64,000 nt of DNA from Octopus sinensis (Eukaryota), in NCBI RefSeq assembly GCF_006345805.1, contig NC_043001.1:20894001-20958000 (forward strand), written 5' to 3'. Each line of letters opens with the position of its first letter. Within the stretch, counting starts at the first letter, position 1. The notes below the pieces were generated by a model, which was given only the letters and a program-made list of their open reading frames with translations, was not told the origin of the DNA and did not search any database. The position numbers and the translations under genes were made by a program. Below are positions 1-11,230 of this stretch, one piece after another.

Positions 1-6
1 ATGCAT

Positions 7-198
7 ATTCTGTTGTGTCTGGGGAGAGTCATTTTCTTTTTGTGCCTTATAATGTAACACACTCACCGGTAAAATTTCCACTTTTTTCTTATTTTTATTT
101 TCCTAAAATTTTCGTTGCGTCTTGCAACCTTTTCTCTCTTTAGGGAAATAAAAATAAGAAAAAAGTGGAAATTTTACAGGTGAGTGTGTTAGATTATT
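7..198. mobile_element. Penelope-like terminal-repeat remnant with inverted duplication (about 47-107 vs 139-198)
   Basis: Same repeat recurs at 26865-27000 and 59645-59880. Local inverted duplication and a minimal-hammerhead-like motif both fit Penelope-like elements. Confidence 0.5.
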
Positions 199-293
199 AG
201 TATTTCTAGGTTTTTGTGTAAATTTATAGGTATGGACCTTATGCATCATGTTGTTTATATCATATCCAGATTTGGGTGGACAGTGTTTTTTTT

Positions 294-741
294 TAGCAGT
301 AGTAAGAGCATCAAGCTGTGACATTGGAATATTTATATAAAAAGGTCCACATTTGGAAAATCATCATCATTTAGCATCCGCTTTCCATGCTAGCATGGGT
401 TGGACGGTTCGACTGGGGTCTGGGAAGCCAGAAGGCTGCACCAGGCCCAGTCTGATCTGGCAATGTTTCTATAGCTGGATGCCCTTCCTAACGCCAACCA
501 CTCCATGAGTAAAGCACCCACTACACTCATGGAGTGGTTGGTGTTAGGAAGGGCATCCAGCCGTAGAAACATTGCCAGATCAGACTGGGCCTGGTGCAGC
601 CTTCTGGCTTCCCAGATCCCAGTCGAACCGTCCAACCCATGCTAGCATGGAAAGCGGATGCTAAACGATGATGATTTTCCAAATGTGGACCTTTTTATAT
701 AAATATTCCAATGTCACAGCTTGATGCTCTTACTACTGCTA
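294..741. repeat. Near-perfect inverted repeat (arms 294-510 and 525-741, 14-nt loop) built on an RTE 3'-tail repeat plus unique flank
   Basis: Arms are reverse complements with about 5 transition mismatches by eye. Confidence 0.95.
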
Positions 742-759
742 GCCATCTTCTGCCATCAC

Positions 760-1220
760 CATCATCATTTAATATCTATTTCCATGCTGGCATGGGTTGG
801 ACAGTTTGAAAGGAACTGGCCAGCTGGAGAGCAGAGCAGGCTCCAATTGTCTATTTTGACATGGTTTCTTCAGCTGGACGCCCCCTCTAAAGCCAACCAC
901 TTTACAGAGTGCATGAGTACTTTTATGCACCATACACGAGTGCCCTTCACATGATGCCAGCATGAGTACTCTCCATATGGCGACAGTACAAGTGCTTTTT
1001 ATGTGGTGCATAGTGTGTAAAGGACCTGCCTGTATGCATGGATAGCCATAGTTCTATTTAGCTAGATGTGTGTTCTCAAGTACAACAAATTGCCAGAAGT
1101 CTCAGCCCCTCATCATATCCTTAGTGAGGCCCAACATCTGGAGACCCTTTCTCACCACTTCATCCCACATCTTTCTGGGTCTACCCTTTGAACACATTTC
1201 CTCCACAATTAGAGATCAAC
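760..1220 (-). mobile_element. Degenerate RTE LINE 3' end
   Basis: (CAT)n + TTTCCATGCTGGCATGGGTTGGAC tail, then sequence matching the reverse complement of the RT C-terminus at 39040-39170. Confidence 0.65.
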
Positions 1221-2555
1221 CCATGCAATCATATGTAAATTAAGGTAAATAGCACCAATTGACTTTTATTTTATTTCTTTGTCTTAGGAAATACACTGGT
1301 TGGAACATTAAAACTGATTATACAGTACCTTAACCTCATTATTATTGTCTTACACTGAGTGTACATACTTCCCTAGAGCCAAAGTCAAAAGGTGTTAACA
1401 CCTTTTCACAAATGAATCTGACAGTAAAGTGAAGCAATTAACTCTTTATCATAAGATTATAATTTTCCAGATTATCATCCTCAATTGTGGAGTTGAAAGC
1501 TTGATCTCCACAGTCAACAAGTGCCCTATATGTACATAGCAGCAAGTTAGATTCAAATAAGAAATCTTTATTTTTAAACAGTTTAAATCTAGGGATCTTT
1601 TCTGTTAAAAAAAATCCAAATTCAGTAATAAGACACCAGATGATGATTAGAGATGAAACAAATCTTCATACATAAGGAGGAATGTTGTCTGAAAATTATA
1701 ATCTTATTAGCAACTCATCTCAGCCATTAATTTTTTATCCTATTTGCATGAGATGAATATTGATTAATATAACAAATAGACTTCACAACATAAACTCATG
1801 TATTGTGCATGATACAATAGAATGGGGCGTAAGTTGTAGAAAAGCAACAATGTAGACGGAGTAATTTACATGACATTAGATATTATATGTATTAATTTAA
1901 TACCAAAAAAAAAAAAAAAGGCCACTGTTCATCAGTGGGCCTAATGCTATTTTCTGCTTTAAGTTGATGCTTATAATGTCTATATCATTTACAGAGCAGT
2001 TAATTTCTAATCATTCACATGCTAGAATAAATTTATTCATGACAAACTATTTGAGATGGCAAGAAAATGTATTTTATTTGATTTCATATCATATTCAGTA
2101 GGTGGTTTTGTGCCAAACTTTGAAACAATATTATTTTCAACAATGCAAAAAGATGTATAAAAAATAAAATTTTTCTGTAGTCAATGAGTAAACACTTGAA
2201 AATAACTTGTTTAAAAACATTGAAATCAAGATTCCAAATACGGTTATTGCAATTTAAAATGAATCAACATTGTCCACATTCTCAGAAATTCCAAACAAAA
2301 ACCGTAATTGTTCTCCCATATTGGAAAGTAGAAAAACAAAAGGTGATGAGACTAATCGCCCTGAAGTAAATTAATTATTTCAAATAATTCTTTTGATTTT
2401 TGCAGAACTCTATTAGACACGTCAGACAAACTTTCAAATACATTCCACTCAGCAGTATAGAAGGGGCTGCACCAAAACTCTGCAAGTTGAACCTTAACAC
2501 CAACAGGGTGTCACAAAATAGTACAGACAGTTTCTGACATGGGTTGTAAATATTT

Positions 2556-3299
2556 TCAATAATAACAGCACAATTGCCAAATGTTGTGTATATAATAACG
2601 GAATAGTTCTCCGGTTCTACAATAAAACAGCAATAATTGGCTCCCGTAGCCCATCAATGTTATGACAGTGGCTGTAAAGTAACCATAATTACAAATCACC
2701 CTGAGTACTTGAATTTTTGATAAGTGAATAAATAGTTGGATCAAAGCACAACACCAGCTTCTGTAATTTCCACCCCATAAACTAACCAGTGGAATAAATA
2801 CATTACAAAGAAAGTAGGAGAAAAATAGTCCTGTTAGAAGTGGTTTCATTCCGGGATGAGGTATTTTCATTAAATCACTATACATCTTAGAAAGACAGAC
2901 AATAACCAAAACCCCAGTAATTTGTTCTAAAGCAACTTCTACAAACATATACAAAAATTCTGTTACCAAAATTGTATAAAATTCTGCATCAGGATTGTTC
3001 CATTTCGAAATCACTTTCGATGAATTGATCACCCTGGCAAGTGTTTCAATAAGCAAAAATGTCAATGTTATTTTCCACACTGTTTTCCGACTACGATTGT
3101 GCAAGATATGGCGAAAAGCTTGTGTCTTAAGAAGAAGAGCATCCAAAAATATTAAAACAGAATCGTGTTCAATGTATTTATCTACCACTTCGTTGCAGTT
3201 GCTACAAACACATGTCAGAAGCCCCGAAGACAGTTTATGGAACAAATCTTTGACTCTTGTACCACAATTTATGCATCGATAGTTATTATTATTCGACAT
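2556..3299 (-). CDS. ARV1: ARV1 lipid/sterol homeostasis and GPI-biosynthesis ER membrane protein (about 247 aa, single coding exon)
   Basis: ATG at 3299 (MSNNNNYRC). Arv1 homology domain CxxC...CxxC-VVDKYIEHD...FLDALLLK..AFRHILHN followed by hydrophobic TM segments. Confidence 0.9.
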   Translation of the reverse strand: MSNNNNYRCINCGTRVKDLFHKLSSGLLTCVCSNCNEVVDKYIEHDSVLIFLDALLLKTQAFRHILHNRSRKTVWKITLTFLLIETLARVINSSKVISKWNNPDAEFYTILVTEFLYMFVEVALEQITGVLVIVCLSKMYSDLMKIPHPGMKPLLTGLFFSYFLCNVFIPLVSLWGGNYRSWCCALIQLFIHLSKIQVLRVICNYGYFTATVITLMGYGSQLLLFYCRTGELFRYYIHNIWQLCCYY

Positions 3300-3908
3300 T
3301 TTCAATATTTTACGAGGAAGCAAAATATTTCAAGAACCCTTGACTCCAAGAGGTGTGACTCCTAATGGTTGCGAGATGTGATCAATAATTAGGCGATCAA
3401 AAATTACTCTTGAACCAAGATTTTTTGTTTTTTCCAGGTTTCATATAAATCCTAAATAACTAATTTTAAAAAGCAACATTGCTAAATATTTAATGTTTAT
3501 GTTATTAGTTCAACTGTCAGTCTATTCAAAGGACATTTCAACCGGGTGAATTTGGTAGTATTTCTGCCTGAACCGACGGGATGGAGAGGAGGATCAGACG
3601 CCTTCGAAAGAAACGAACGAAACGTTAGTTAGGAGGGTGATGCTGACAACATCTGAGCAAAAACCGCGGTTTTGTGGGAGTAAACTCATCTTCATTTGGG
3701 AAAAAAAATATCATTTGAGCCACTCAGACACAAGACAATACGACTCAAGTTTATGTCGCTCTCATAATTTCCTGTCTCAATAAGCCACAACACTTAATTA
3801 CAGCTCAAGTCGTCGTCGTCAACGACACGACATCAGACGCAAATCAACAGAACCATGGACCGTTGCTCAACTTATAAAACGGCAATCAGGAATTGCTTCC
3901 CTTACATT

Positions 3909-4908
3909 ATCACTCTTTCGTACAACATTTGAGACAACTACGTGGACACTCTATCCGCTAGAAATAGAAGTCAAATCTTCCTCTCTCTCTCAAATTACAC
4001 ACTACCGCCTTTAATAAAGGGGAGGAGGGATTTCGGGGTTTCTAATTTGTCTAACGATATGGTTTTGATACGAGTATAAATATATTTCGCTAGCATTTCA
4101 ATGGCATAAATATATGTTGTTTGAGGTGCATCTCGGAAAGTAAAACATCACTCTTTCGTATAACATTTGAGACAACTACGTGGACATTCTATCCACTAGA
4201 AATAGAAGTCAAATTTTCTCTCAATTACACACTACCGTCTTTAATAAAGGGGAGGAGGGATTTCGGGGTTTCTGATTTGGGATCTTTTCGCTTTGACAGA
4301 CAGATTTTTAAAAGAATTTCTATGTAACTAAAAAATTTTAAACTTCGTATACTGGTAGAATGAGTTTATAAAACATCTTTTTCTCTTGGCTTTCTTGAGA
4401 AAATTCTGTAGTTTGTAAGCTATTTGTTGTTTAATTTCTTGCATTTCGGCAATTTCCAAGAGAAAAAGATGTTTTATAAACACATTCTACCAGTATACGA
4501 AGTTTAAAATTTTTTTAGTTACATAGAAATTATTTTAAAAATCTGCCGGTCAAAGTGAAAAGATCCCTGATTTATCTAAGGATATGGTTTTGATTCGAGT
4601 ATAAATATATTTCGCTAGCATTTCAATGGCATAGATATATGTTGTTTGAGGTGCATCTCGGAAAGTGAAACATCACTCTTTCGTACAACATTTGAGATAA
4701 CTACGTGGACATTCTATCCACTAGAAATAGAAGTCAAATCTTCCTCTCTCTCAAATTACACACTACCGTCTTTAATAAAGGGGAGGAGGGATTTCGGGGT
4801 TTCTGATTTGTCTAAGGATATGGTTTTGATTCGAGTATAAATATATTTCGCTAGCATTTCATATGGCATAGATATATGTTGTTTGAGGTGCATCTCGGAA
4901 AGTGAAAC
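3909..4908 (+). repeat. Three tandem ~238-bp units (starts 3909, 4147, 4672); the middle unit is interrupted by a MITE
   Basis: Each unit runs ATCACTCTTTCGTA...GGTGCATCTCGGAAAGTRAAAC. Confidence 0.92.
4279..4567. mobile_element. MITE with ~110-bp TIRs (GGGATCTTTTC...GAAAAGATCCC) and 6-bp TSD TGATTT
   Basis: TGATTT at 4273-4278 and 4568-4573; the empty site is visible in the neighbouring tandem units. Confidence 0.9.
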
Positions 4909-4939
4909 AGTTACAATATTAATGCTTTCGTTTAAGTCA

Positions 4940-5112
4940 GGCTAGCAGAATCGTTGGCACGCCGGACAAAGTCCTTAGCGGCATTTCGTCCGACCTGACG
5001 TTCTGAGTTCAAGTTCTGCAAGGGTGTCGACTTTGCCTTTCATCCTTTCTGGGTCGATAAAATAATTACCTGTTGAGCACTGAGGCGATGTAATCAACTT
5101 ACACTCTTCCCC
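4940..5112 (+). mobile_element. tRNA-derived SINE with Nin-like domain
   Basis: GTTCTGAGTTCAA B-box-like motif, then GTCGACTTTGCCTTTCATCCTTTC.GGGTCGATAAAA; many copies in the window. Confidence 0.75.
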
Positions 5113-6399
5113 GAGCCTGCTTTCATTATAGAATTCACATTGCTATAAAATAGATTCTGTAAAAATGAGATTGTAACCGTAGGTATAAGCTTGCTAAATC
5201 AGGGCTGACACTTGCACATAATTCTGTAAATTTTTGACATTTTTCTTGTAATCAGCATATAAATCTTGTCTTGGGAGGGTCATTACGCCAATAATAATAA
5301 CCACACTCACTGGTACAGCTGCCGGCCTTATCCATGATAGCTTCAACAGAGAACTAATCGGCTGATGGACATTCCATCAAGACATGCTGACTCCTCTCAC
5401 TTTCTCTCTCTCTTCTATCGCTACTATAATGGCCTCTGACCCTCAGAGCCCAATGGTCTTGTACCTCCATCATTGAAGTACTCTTGACACACTCATTTCT
5501 CCAAGTTTCGTTTTCCTTGGTGCGTCCAGTCCTCTCCTTTTTTTCCCCCTCCATCAAGCGCTATTCCAAATGCTTCATCTCCGGAACATCGGTCCTCCGG
5601 AATCCCCACCCTCTCGTCTCTCCTGCTTGTGTTGATCTGCAAGTTTAAATAAATCATTAACGGCATTGATCATTGCTGTCTCGCAGAGTCTGCAAGGATT
5701 AAGGACTCTGCTTCTTCCTCCAGATTCAGCAAAAAAAAAAAAAAATGGTATAAAAAGATCGTTTCTTTTTTTTTTTTTTCAACTCAAAAGGTAGTCATAT
5801 TGACTATGATGAATGTTTTCAAATTAAAGGTATTTCTATAGAATAGGATCGGAAATATCTAGTTCACCAAAAACCGTAATTTCTTCAGATGTGTTCTGAG
5901 CATCTGAGATTAAAAATTTTTTTAAATTAGTAATATATTTTTGTTCCCCACCATCTTCCTAATTTTTCAACTTTTGCTGTCTTTCGAAAATGTTTTTTCT
6001 ATTTTATACATTAAATATCTGATATGATTCTTAAAAAACACCATAATCAAATTAAAATATGTACGGCATAAATTTGAAAAATATTTTTTTTTTAATTTCG
6101 AAAAGGGGCGAGCAAAGAATTCCCCCTCCCACCATCGTCTTTTTCTTTTTTCTTCATTTTTTTGTAGAATCATAAAACTGCGACGCTTTAAAAAAAAAAA
6201 GCATCCTTACAGTTATGGTCTGGGTGCATTAGAGAATTATTTCCAACGATTTTCTAAATGCACACCACCTCTATATATTATACTGTTTCAAAATATTTTC
6301 ATTGTTTTAATGTGTTATTCAAATATCAACTCGGTTTTACTGAATAATATTGTATTTAAAAATGTTGCTATTATTAATTTTTAAATATCAGGAAAACCA

Positions 6400-6619
6400 C
6401 CCTTTTGTTACCAACCCGGCCGAAACCAGCTCTGGCTCTGAGTTCAAATGTCTTATTTTCATAAGTTTTGAATTAAAATCTTCCACCAAACCTTAGTCAC
6501 AATTTATGTTCCTAACACTAACTTAATGATAACTAAGTTATTTTACTAAATTATTTGTTATATTTAAAGTAACTGGAAGAACCACAGAGCATCTCAAAAT
6601 AAATACAGTAACGAAAGGG
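6400..6619. mobile_element. piggyBac-type MITE
   Basis: CCCTTTTGTTAC...GTAACGAAAGGG followed by TTAA; the left TTAA is decayed. Confidence 0.6.
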
Positions 6620-7070
6620 TTAACAGAATTGGTAGACCAGGGTACCAAAAAATGTCTGCAGTTTTTAGTTAAGGGCCCTTAACAGAGTTGAAAACCACAC
6701 CGAAGTCTATAGTACTGCTTTATCAGAGACGATAAAATAAAGCCCTATTAAAGTACTGGGTGGTAAAGTATTCCAGATGTGAATGGAATTATAAGTGAAG
6801 ATGGTATGGAAGTTATCAATAGTTGACAGATGTAGCATACAAGATCTCAAAGGGGAAGGACAAAAAAACAGGAAAGAGAGAGAATTAATGCCATCTTCTT
6901 TCCCTAAGCTGATTTGATGTAGTGTGACCTGATCACTTCCGTTTGCTGAATTAACAATTCAGTATATATCGATATTTGCTAGTCAAATACACACAGATAT
7001 TATAAAAATAATTAATTGTACTATTTAATGTTTTTAAGAACGTCTCTAATGGATTTTTAAATTTCGCTAC

Positions 7071-7097
7071 ATTTTATTTTTTACTTCTTTTAAGCAG
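7071..7097 (+). promoter_or_regulatory. Candidate 3' splice acceptor (NAGNAG, AAGCAG) for the Nova coding exon
   Basis: T-rich polypyrimidine tract ending TTTTAAGCAG, 243 nt upstream of the Nova ATG. Confidence 0.55.
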
Positions 7098-7340
7098 AAA
7101 ATCGCTGCAGGAATGCAGGAAGCTACAGCGCCACCTTTCGTGAAATTTAAGGATGAATAACTCTTACACTCAAGAAATTTGAGGTTTGTCTTGCTCTACA
7201 AGAAAGCTGTTTGCATGCAACACAAGAGAAAAAGAGGAAAATTTAACTAAGCGTCGCCGAACTAATCTTGAGGGCGACAGCAGAAAAAAGAAACACTGAC
7301 GTCCTTCCTTACAGAAAGTTTTCTCCTTACATAAAGCAAG

Positions 7341-9011
7341 ATGAACGCTAGTCAGAGCGGAGGCGGTGGCAGCATGGGGTCCGATGAAATATATACCTGT
7401 GACTATAAATCTGGAGACAGTAGTTCTGGCGGGTCTATTAGTCTCAAGATATTGGTGCCAAACGCAATAGCAGGAGCTATCATTGGCAAAGGTGGCGAAA
7501 CAATAGCTCGAGTTCAAAATGAAGCTGGTGCTAAACTGAAAATGTCCAAGTCCAACAATTTCTATCCAGGCACGACTGAAAGGGTGTGCTTGATTACTGG
7601 GCCATTCGAAGCCGTCCGCAAAGTACATAACTTTATAATGGAAAAGATTCGTGAAAAACCAGATTTGAATACTAGATGTGACGACTATCGTGGACCTTAC
7701 GAACGAAATCAACAAATCAAAATCCTCGTCCCTAACAGTACTGCCGGTATGATAATCGGCAAAGGAGGCAATTTTATTAAACAGATTAAGGCAGAAAGCG
7801 GAGTATCAGTGCAAATATCACAGAGCCAGAAAGGTACATATATACCAGAACGATGTGTTACGATTGCAGGCGATGTGGATGGTAATAGAACGGCAGTCGA
7901 TATGATCTTACGAGTTATAGCTGAAGATCCTCAGAGTGGCTGCTGCCCTAATATAAGTTATGCTGAATTCTTGGGTCCCATGTCAGGAAACAATTCAAAT
8001 GCTTTACCCTTCACTCACATGAACTATAGAAACCAAGATCAGATGGGTTTAGCAGCGAATAACAACTTGGGAAGTTTCAATTTCGGATTTAACAATTTCG
8101 GAAATAATTCTAACTCTAATGTATCTAACATGAGTGTAAACAATGCTAACCTTGGTGGTGGAGGTTCAGGAGGAGGTGGTGCTGCCGGAGGAGCAATCAA
8201 CAGCTCAGCACTAGAAAACTTAAAAGTAACACTTCGTAACTATGGATTCACCGATATGGCAATTGAAGAGATAGGAGCAGCGATGAGTACATTGGCTAAT
8301 TATGGTATTCTTACCAACATTGGTTTAAACCTAGGAGCCCTTAACAACTTAGGCACTGGAAGTGGTGGACTCAACCTGCAAGGCCCACAAGGTTCAAATA
8401 TGATGTCTGGTTGTAACACGCCCACTACCAGTGTTAGCAACCCGTTTGTCAATAGCAGTAACAATAACTGTATTTTTGGTCCCGTCGGCAGCTGCCCGTC
8501 AGCGATGGAGAATTTTGCATCAACATGCGCTAGTACCAGTCCCTTCAATAATTCCTCAGCAAATATGAACAGCGACAGGTTTGGTGGTAGCCCAATGTTA
8601 AGTGATTCATTTGGCACTGCTGTCAACTACTCAATGAATAATCCAGTTTTTGCAGCAGGTCCAAGTACTTCTGGTGACCAAATGAAGAATCAGATGTCTT
8701 TTGGACATAATTCGTCTGTGTACAGCCCTACAGAAGACAAGTCCGGACCGACAACGAAGAATGAAATAGAGGTTCCAGAAACTATTGTTGGAGCCATCCT
8801 CGGACCAGGTGGCAAGGGAATTGTCGAACTTCAACAGATGACCGGAACAAACATTCAGATATCAAAGAAGGGTGTGTACGTCCCTGGTACTCGAAACAGA
8901 GTGGTTACTATTACCGGTACGCCCAATAGCATCACAAAGGCTCAGATACTTATTCAACAACGTTTACAACAGGAAGAAATGAAACGGGCGCGACAACCAC
9001 TGGCTCGTTAA
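7341..9011 (+). CDS. NOVA: Nova/pasilla-family RNA-binding protein, three KH domains, 556 aa, uninterrupted ORF
   Basis: KH1 AIIGKGGETI...SKSNNFYPGTTERVCLI; KH2 KILVPNSTAGMIIGKGG; Nova signature EDPQSGCCPNISY; AAMSTLANYG; KH3 VGAILGPGGKGIVELQQMTGTNIQISKKG..VPGTRNRVVTITG. In-frame TAA at 7332 fixes the start. Confidence 0.96.
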   Translation: MNASQSGGGGSMGSDEIYTCDYKSGDSSSGGSISLKILVPNAIAGAIIGKGGETIARVQNEAGAKLKMSKSNNFYPGTTERVCLITGPFEAVRKVHNFIMEKIREKPDLNTRCDDYRGPYERNQQIKILVPNSTAGMIIGKGGNFIKQIKAESGVSVQISQSQKGTYIPERCVTIAGDVDGNRTAVDMILRVIAEDPQSGCCPNISYAEFLGPMSGNNSNALPFTHMNYRNQDQMGLAANNNLGSFNFGFNNFGNNSNSNVSNMSVNNANLGGGGSGGGGAAGGAINSSALENLKVTLRNYGFTDMAIEEIGAAMSTLANYGILTNIGLNLGALNNLGTGSGGLNLQGPQGSNMMSGCNTPTTSVSNPFVNSSNNNCIFGPVGSCPSAMENFASTCASTSPFNNSSANMNSDRFGGSPMLSDSFGTAVNYSMNNPVFAAGPSTSGDQMKNQMSFGHNSSVYSPTEDKSGPTTKNEIEVPETIVGAILGPGGKGIVELQQMTGTNIQISKKGVYVPGTRNRVVTITGTPNSITKAQILIQQRLQQEEMKRARQPLAR

Positions 9012-9047
9012 TGTAATTATATATATATGTATATATATATACATATA

Positions 9048-9080
<33 letters not shown>

Positions 9081-10874
9081 TGTATGCGTGTGAAATCAAA
9101 TCTCACGAGCTTCATTCTTCAAGTTTTCATTGATTATTGTGGGTTTACAAACAGGATAAAATGTACTAGATTAGAATGTTTTTAGATATTCACCACACGT
9201 GTTATAGAGGAGGTTAGCTGGTCGCTGTCATTTTCAAAAAATATCCTTTGAACATCTTTTTAACTCTTCAATTTATATGTGGATAATTGTCTATATAACG
9301 GTGTAGTACTATTTCTCACTAACATTTTTTTAGAAGTTTATTCAGTTGAAGAAATTTTGGTGGCAATTTATATAAATGTGCCGGATCACCAGAAATATCT
9401 ACACACATACATTACTCACACACATATATTCACACACACAGAATGTGTTTTATTTTCTTCATTTTTTTTTTTTACCTTTTGCAAAGATAGTTTTTATTTC
9501 ACTTCCATTAGATAAATTGTTATTATTTATTTGTGAGTTTACAAGAATCAATTGGATTCTTTCCGCCAAATTTGTTTTAAAATGTAATCATCTTTCTCCA
9601 GTGACTTCTCACTTAAATGGCTTGTTCATAAACTTGTTACTGTATTCATTTTGCTACAATTATTATTATTATTATTATTTTATTTTTTTGTTAGTGGCAG
9701 CTTTTTTGCTTAATCATTTTTCATCACCTGCCGAAGAACGAACAGGACTAGGTTAGAACGAATGTTTCCCATCAAAATTTCAATTTTTTCAACTATTTTG
9801 TAAGTTCCTCTTAATTTATTAATTAGCAAAATGAAAAATTTGTTAAATATTTAAACTTGTGTGCGTATTGTATGTAAATAATAGTCTTTAATGCTTGTAA
9901 CCATGGTATTTTCCAGTGTGGTCCCCAAATCTTTATACTTTCACTTTTGACAAACATATGTATACAGACAAATAATAGCCGTTTGCAAATAAGGACTTGT
10001 ACATGTGTATACACACGTGTACTTAAATATATATAGATATATACGTGTGTGTGTGTGTGCGTATATAAGTACGCGTGTATTCATAAATAGTTGAATATTC
10101 AAATATATGTTTGTACACGTGTATATTTGAGTGTGTGTGTGTGTATGTATATAAACGCATGTGTATACATATTTATGGGTTTATTCATATAGCTATACAT
10201 ATATGTATATATACTTACATTTGTGTTTATAGTCCAACCCAATCCAGCATAGAAAAATATACGTTAAATGAGGATTATATATGTACACACACACATTCAC
10301 AAAATTATATATATATATACATACACACACACACACACAAAGGTGAGTCATTATTTACAATGCACTTAATTTTTTCCCTACTGGCAGGAAGATTGGTTGT
10401 GTGTATATCACTAGATGTGGTCTCCCTCAAATTCCTATGAGTTAGGTTTGAACTGGAAATATCAGTTAAGTAAGTTATGTTCACCATGGCCACTTTGCTT
10501 TCTGTTTGCTCAAAGAAGAGCAACTTTCAGTGATCCATATTCTGTAGGCTAAGGGTATATCGGGGACAGAACTCTAGTGAAAGTTTTTGACACAGTATGA
10601 GAACAGTGTGTTGTTGCGACAGACTACATAGTAATCAGTTGAATTCAAAGACGGTTGTACAAGTGTCATGCATCAATGAGAAGCCTGATGCCTGATCAAC
10701 TCTCTTGTGATGACAACATTGAACTAGCTCAAGACCTAGAGCTACCTGTAAAACTGATCGCAGCTGATTTGACCTTAGTAAAAGAGTATGCAAGTTGGAT
10801 CATAGAAATTAAGGAACAAGTTATAAGTGCATTGTGAAGAATTATCGACTCATTCTTATGTATGTTTTGTATGT

Positions 10875-10947
<73 letters not shown>

Positions 10948-11024
10948 TGTATATGCAAATGTGTGTATGTGAAACAGGTTTTGCACAAAAACATATTTCA
11001 ATATAAGTTAACATTTAGTGTTAC

Positions 11025-11230
11025 AAGGCAGCAAGCTAATAGAATTGGACAAAATGCTTATTAGCATTTCTTCTGGTTTTACATTAATTAATTAATTCAA
11101 ATGCTGCCGAGGTCAACTTTGCCTTTCATCTTTCTGGGCTTGATAAAATAAGTACCTGATTAGCAACGGGGGTCAATGTAATCGACTTCTCCCTCCCCTC
11201 AAAATTACCGGCCTTGTGCCAAAAACTAGA
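11025..11230 (+). mobile_element. Old Nin-domain SINE copy
   Basis: GAGGTCAACTTTGCCTTTCATCTTTCTGGG...ATAAAATAAGTACC...GGTCAATGTAATCGAC. Confidence 0.65.

Noticed and set aside
7170-8834. Antisense ORFs over Nova (181, 108 and 67 aa) and ORFs over ARV1
   Set aside because: Shadows of the real coding strand with no recognisable motifs.
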